From Propionibacterium freudenreichii subsp. freudenreichii (GTDB lineage: Bacteria; Actinomycetota; Actinomycetes; Propionibacteriales; Propionibacteriaceae), in the NCBI RefSeq assembly GCF_000940845.1, contig NZ_CP010341.1, positions 900,001 to 932,000 on the forward strand: a stretch of DNA of 32,000 nt. Reading direction: 5' to 3'. The notes beneath the pieces are model-generated. The model saw only the letters and a list, made by a program, of their open reading frames with translations. It had not been told where the DNA came from and did not search any database. Shown here in pieces: positions 29,053 through 32,000 of the stretch. A program made the translations under genes and the position numbers. Each line of letters opens with the position of its first letter. Position 1 is the stretch's first letter.

Positions 29053-30996
29053 GTGAGCGGATATCGCCGACCCGAGCCGGCCTCGCAGTTTGAACAGCTC
29101 ACCCCACTGCTCGCGCAGGTCTCCACCCCTGTGCAATATGTGGGCGGCGAGATCAATGCCCAACACAAGGCCTGGGACGACGCCCGGGTGCACTGGGCGC
29201 TGTTGTTCCCCGATACCTACGGGGTGGGCCAGCCCAACCAGGGCATGGCGATCCTCTATGAGGTGCTCAACGAACTTGACTGGGCCAGCGCGGAGCGCAG
29301 CTTCTCGGTATGGCCCGACCTGGAGCGCCTCATGCGCGCCAAGGGCGTCGGGCAGTTCACCCTGGAGAGCCATCGTCGGGTGTCGGGCTATGACGTGATC
29401 GGGGTGAGCCTGTCCACGGAGCTCAGCTACACGAACCTGCTCAATGCCCTCGACCTGGCGGGCCTGCCCATCCACTCCGCCGAGCGCGACGATGACGCGC
29501 CCCTGGTGGTGGTCGGCGGACACTGCGCCTTCAACCCCGAGCCGATCGCCGACTTCGTCGATGTCGTCGTGCTGGGGGATGGCGAGGAGGCTTCCCTCGA
29601 GCTGTCACGCATCGTGCGGGACTGGTTGGACGAGGGGCGTCCCGGCGGACGGGTGGGCGTCCTGGAACGCCTCGCGCACACCGGCATGTTCTATGTGCCC
29701 CGCTTCTACCAGGTCGACTACGCCCCTGATGCGACGATCTCCCGGATCGCCCCCGTGCGCGCCGACATCCCGGCGACCATCAACCGCTGGGTGCTCACCG
29801 GACTGGATGACTGGCCCTATCCCAAGGCACCAGTGGTGCCGATGGCCGAGACCGTGCACGAGCGCTATTCGGTCGAGATCTTCCGCGGCTGCACCCGCGG
29901 CTGTCGCTTCTGCCAGGCCGGCATGATCACCCGCCCAGTGCGGGAGCGCTCCGTGCAGACCATCGAGTCGATGGTCGACCGCGGACTGGCCGCCACCGGC
30001 CTGGAGGAGGTCGGACTACTCAGCCTGTCGAGCGCCGATCACTCCGAGATCGACCAGATCGCCGGCGGCCTGGCAGATCGCTATGCCGGCACCAACACCT
30101 CGCTGAGCCTGCCCAGCACGCGGGTTGACGCGTTCAACGTGCAGCTGGCCCAGGAACTGTCGCGCAACGGACGGCGCACCGGATTGACGATCGCGCCGGA
30201 GGCCGGCAGCGAACGGATGCGGGCGGTGATCAACAAGAATGTCTCGGAGGCCGACCTGATGGCCACCGTGACCGCGGCCTTCGAACAGGGCTGGCGTTCG
30301 GTCAAGATGTACTTCATGTGTGGGCTGCCCACCGAGACCGACGACGACGTGGCGGCAATCGCCCGCCTCGCCAAGCAGGTGGTGGCCAGGGGCCGCGAGA
30401 TCTCGGGCAGCCGCGACATTCGGTGCACGGTGGGCATCGGCGGGTTCGTCCCCAAGTCGCACACGCCCTTCGAATGGGCGCCCCAGGCGACGCCCGAGGT
30501 GATCGACCACCGCATCGCCATCGTCAAGGACGCGATCCGCGAGGACCGCCAGTTCCGCAAGTCCATCACCGTGCGCTACAGCGCCGGCGAACCCGGACAG
30601 GTCGAGGGCCTGCTCGCCCGCGGTGACCGGCGCGTCGGTCGTGTCGTGGAAGCCGTGTGGCGCGCCGGCGGGCGTTTCGACGGTTGGAGCGAGTACTTCG
30701 ACTACGAGCTGTGGACGCGTTGCGCGGCCGAGCAGTTGGCGCCGTTCGGCATCGACCTGGAGTGGTTCACCACCCGGGAACGTCCTCAGGTGGAGGTACT
30801 TGCCTGGGACCACCTGGATTCCGGACTCGACCGCACCTGGCTGTGGGACGAGTACCGCTCGGCGATCGCCGGCGACCAGCTGGCGGATTGCCGCTGGGAC
30901 GACTGCAACGACTGCGGCGTCTGCCCGCTGTTCGGGGTGGACATCGAGCTGGCCACCGAGGGGCAGCGACCCAGCTCGCAGCAGGCCGCCTCGTAG
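29053..30996 (+). CDS. Radical SAM protein with an N-terminal B12-binding-like domain (TIGR03960-type family of unknown function)
   Basis: It has CTRGCRFCQAG (CxxxCxxC) and the family-typical N-terminus ..LLxxVxxPxQYxGGEIN... GTG 29053 is preceded by AGGAG 8 nt upstream. Confidence 0.88.
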   Translation: MSGYRRPEPASQFEQLTPLLAQVSTPVQYVGGEINAQHKAWDDARVHWALLFPDTYGVGQPNQGMAILYEVLNELDWASAERSFSVWPDLERLMRAKGVGQFTLESHRRVSGYDVIGVSLSTELSYTNLLNALDLAGLPIHSAERDDDAPLVVVGGHCAFNPEPIADFVDVVVLGDGEEASLELSRIVRDWLDEGRPGGRVGVLERLAHTGMFYVPRFYQVDYAPDATISRIAPVRADIPATINRWVLTGLDDWPYPKAPVVPMAETVHERYSVEIFRGCTRGCRFCQAGMITRPVRERSVQTIESMVDRGLAATGLEEVGLLSLSSADHSEIDQIAGGLADRYAGTNTSLSLPSTRVDAFNVQLAQELSRNGRRTGLTIAPEAGSERMRAVINKNVSEADLMATVTAAFEQGWRSVKMYFMCGLPTETDDDVAAIARLAKQVVARGREISGSRDIRCTVGIGGFVPKSHTPFEWAPQATPEVIDHRIAIVKDAIREDRQFRKSITVRYSAGEPGQVEGLLARGDRRVGRVVEAVWRAGGRFDGWSEYFDYELWTRCAAEQLAPFGIDLEWFTTRERPQVEVLAWDHLDSGLDRTWLWDEYRSAIAGDQLADCRWDDCNDCGVCPLFGVDIELATEGQRPSSQQAAS

Positions 30997-30999
30997 GCC

Positions 31000-31052
31000 G
31001 GCGCCCCACGGACGTCACCCGGGCGCGGACCCGCGGACGTCTCGTGGGCGCC
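31000..31052. terminator. Imperfect hairpin in the convergent gap between the radical SAM gene and the antiporter gene
   Basis: GGCGCCCCACGGACGTC ... GACGTCTCGTGGGCGCC forms about 15 bp with two bulges. CGGACGTC occurs twice. Confidence 0.35.
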
Positions 31053-31059
31053 CGGATGC

Positions 31060-32000
31060 CTACGGGTTGGCGGCCAGGAAGATATAGGCGGCCAGGATCA
31101 CCAGGTGCACTCCGCCCTGCAGGCGGGTGGCACGGCCCGGCGCGATGGTGAGCATGGCCAGCAGTACGGACATCACCAGCAACGCGATCTGGGTGGAGCC
31201 CAGGCCCAGGTAGAACTCGCCGGGGAACCAGATCATGGCCACGGCAAGGGTCGGGATCGTCAGGCCGATGCTGGCCATGGCCGATCCCAGCGCCAGGTTG
31301 AGGCTCACCTGCACCCGGTTCTGTCGCGCCGCGCGGACGGCGGCCAGCGACTCGGGTGCCAGCACCACCAGGGCGATGATCACGCCGACGAAGCCCGGCG
31401 GTAGTCCGGCGGCGGCCACACCGGCCTCGATGGTGGGGGACAGGATCTTCGCCAGTCCGACCACGGCCACCAGGGCGATCAGCAGGAAACCGAGGCTGCG
31501 CAGAGTGGCTGCGGTGGTCGGCGTCCAGGAGTCATCGTCGGTGTCGATCGGCATCCCGTCCTCGTCGATCGGCAGGAACGAACTGCGGTGCCGTCCGGTC
31601 TGGGCGGCGATGAACAAGCCGTACAACACCAGCGAGGCCACGCCGGCGAAGGCGAGCTGTGAGGGCGTGTACGAGGGGCTCGGGTCGCTCACGGTGAAGC
31701 GGGGGAGCACCAGGCAGATACCGGCCAGCGCCGTCACCGTGGCCAGGGCACCGCCACTGCCCAGGGCGCTGAAGCGCGATGTGGAATGTCGGGAGGCGCT
31801 CACGGTGAGCGACAGGCCCATGATGCCGTTGATGGTGATCATCACCGCGGCGAAGACGGTGTCACGGGCCAGCGTGGCCGAGCCCTTGCCGGAGGCCATC
31901 AGGGTGAGGATGAGCCCCACTTCGATCACCGTGACCGCGACGGCCAGGACCAGCGAGCCGAAGGGCTCACCGACCTTCTGGGCGATCACCTCGGCGTGGT
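31060..32000 (-). CDS. chaA: CaCA-family cation(Ca2+)/H+ antiporter (ChaA-like); the 5' end is beyond the right edge of the window
   Basis: It is a polytopic membrane protein with two alpha-repeat-like segments (..GEPFGSLVLAVAVTVIEV.. and ..GVIIALVVLAPESLAAV..) separated by an acidic loop. The frame is open to the window end. Confidence 0.8.
   Translation of the reverse strand, partial: HAEVIAQKVGEPFGSLVLAVAVTVIEVGLILTLMASGKGSATLARDTVFAAVMITINGIMGLSLTVSASRHSTSRFSALGSGGALATVTALAGICLVLPRFTVSDPSPSYTPSQLAFAGVASLVLYGLFIAAQTGRHRSSFLPIDEDGMPIDTDDDSWTPTTAATLRSLGFLLIALVAVVGLAKILSPTIEAGVAAAGLPPGFVGVIIALVVLAPESLAAVRAARQNRVQVSLNLALGSAMASIGLTIPTLAVAMIWFPGEFYLGLGSTQIALLVMSVLLAMLTIAPGRATRLQGGVHLVILAAYIFLAANP

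Overview
High-GC (about 65%) actinobacterial chromosomal core region, with no mobile element, CRISPR array or rRNA. The gene content and order match the Mycobacterium Rv2445c-Rv2467 neighbourhood: pepN, an Rv2466c-like DsbA-fold gene, tig, clpP1, clpP2, clpX, valS, folC and ndk. The protein styles suggest a Propionibacteriales-type organism, but that is inference only.

I support 25 coding regions, two of them running off the window ends, plus two tRNAs (Pro-UGG and Gly-UCC). The ORF track cannot show one further element: a guanidine-III (ykkC-III) riboswitch directly in front of a sugE/gdx exporter gene. I also list several stem-loop terminator candidates and three short tandem-repeat arrays.

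I did not find a clear-cut novel multi-gene system. The points most worth a second look are:
- a minus-strand redox module (a MauE/DoxX-like CGC membrane protein followed by two tandemly duplicated, membrane-anchored DsbA/MdbA-like oxidoreductases with mosaic identity) lying between valS and folC;
- a 513-aa orphan protein convergent with ligA;
- an ndk gene overlapping the start of a CPBP/Abi-family intramembrane protease by ATGA;
- two AI-2E transporter paralogs inserted between tig and clpP1, with a 21-bp phased repeat array between them;
- a 17-bp CTGCAG-containing array abutting tRNA-Pro.

All calls come from reading motifs and translations by eye. No database search was run, and start codons are best guesses from RBS spacing. 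Most long ORFs in the track that lie antisense to these genes are high-GC artefacts.
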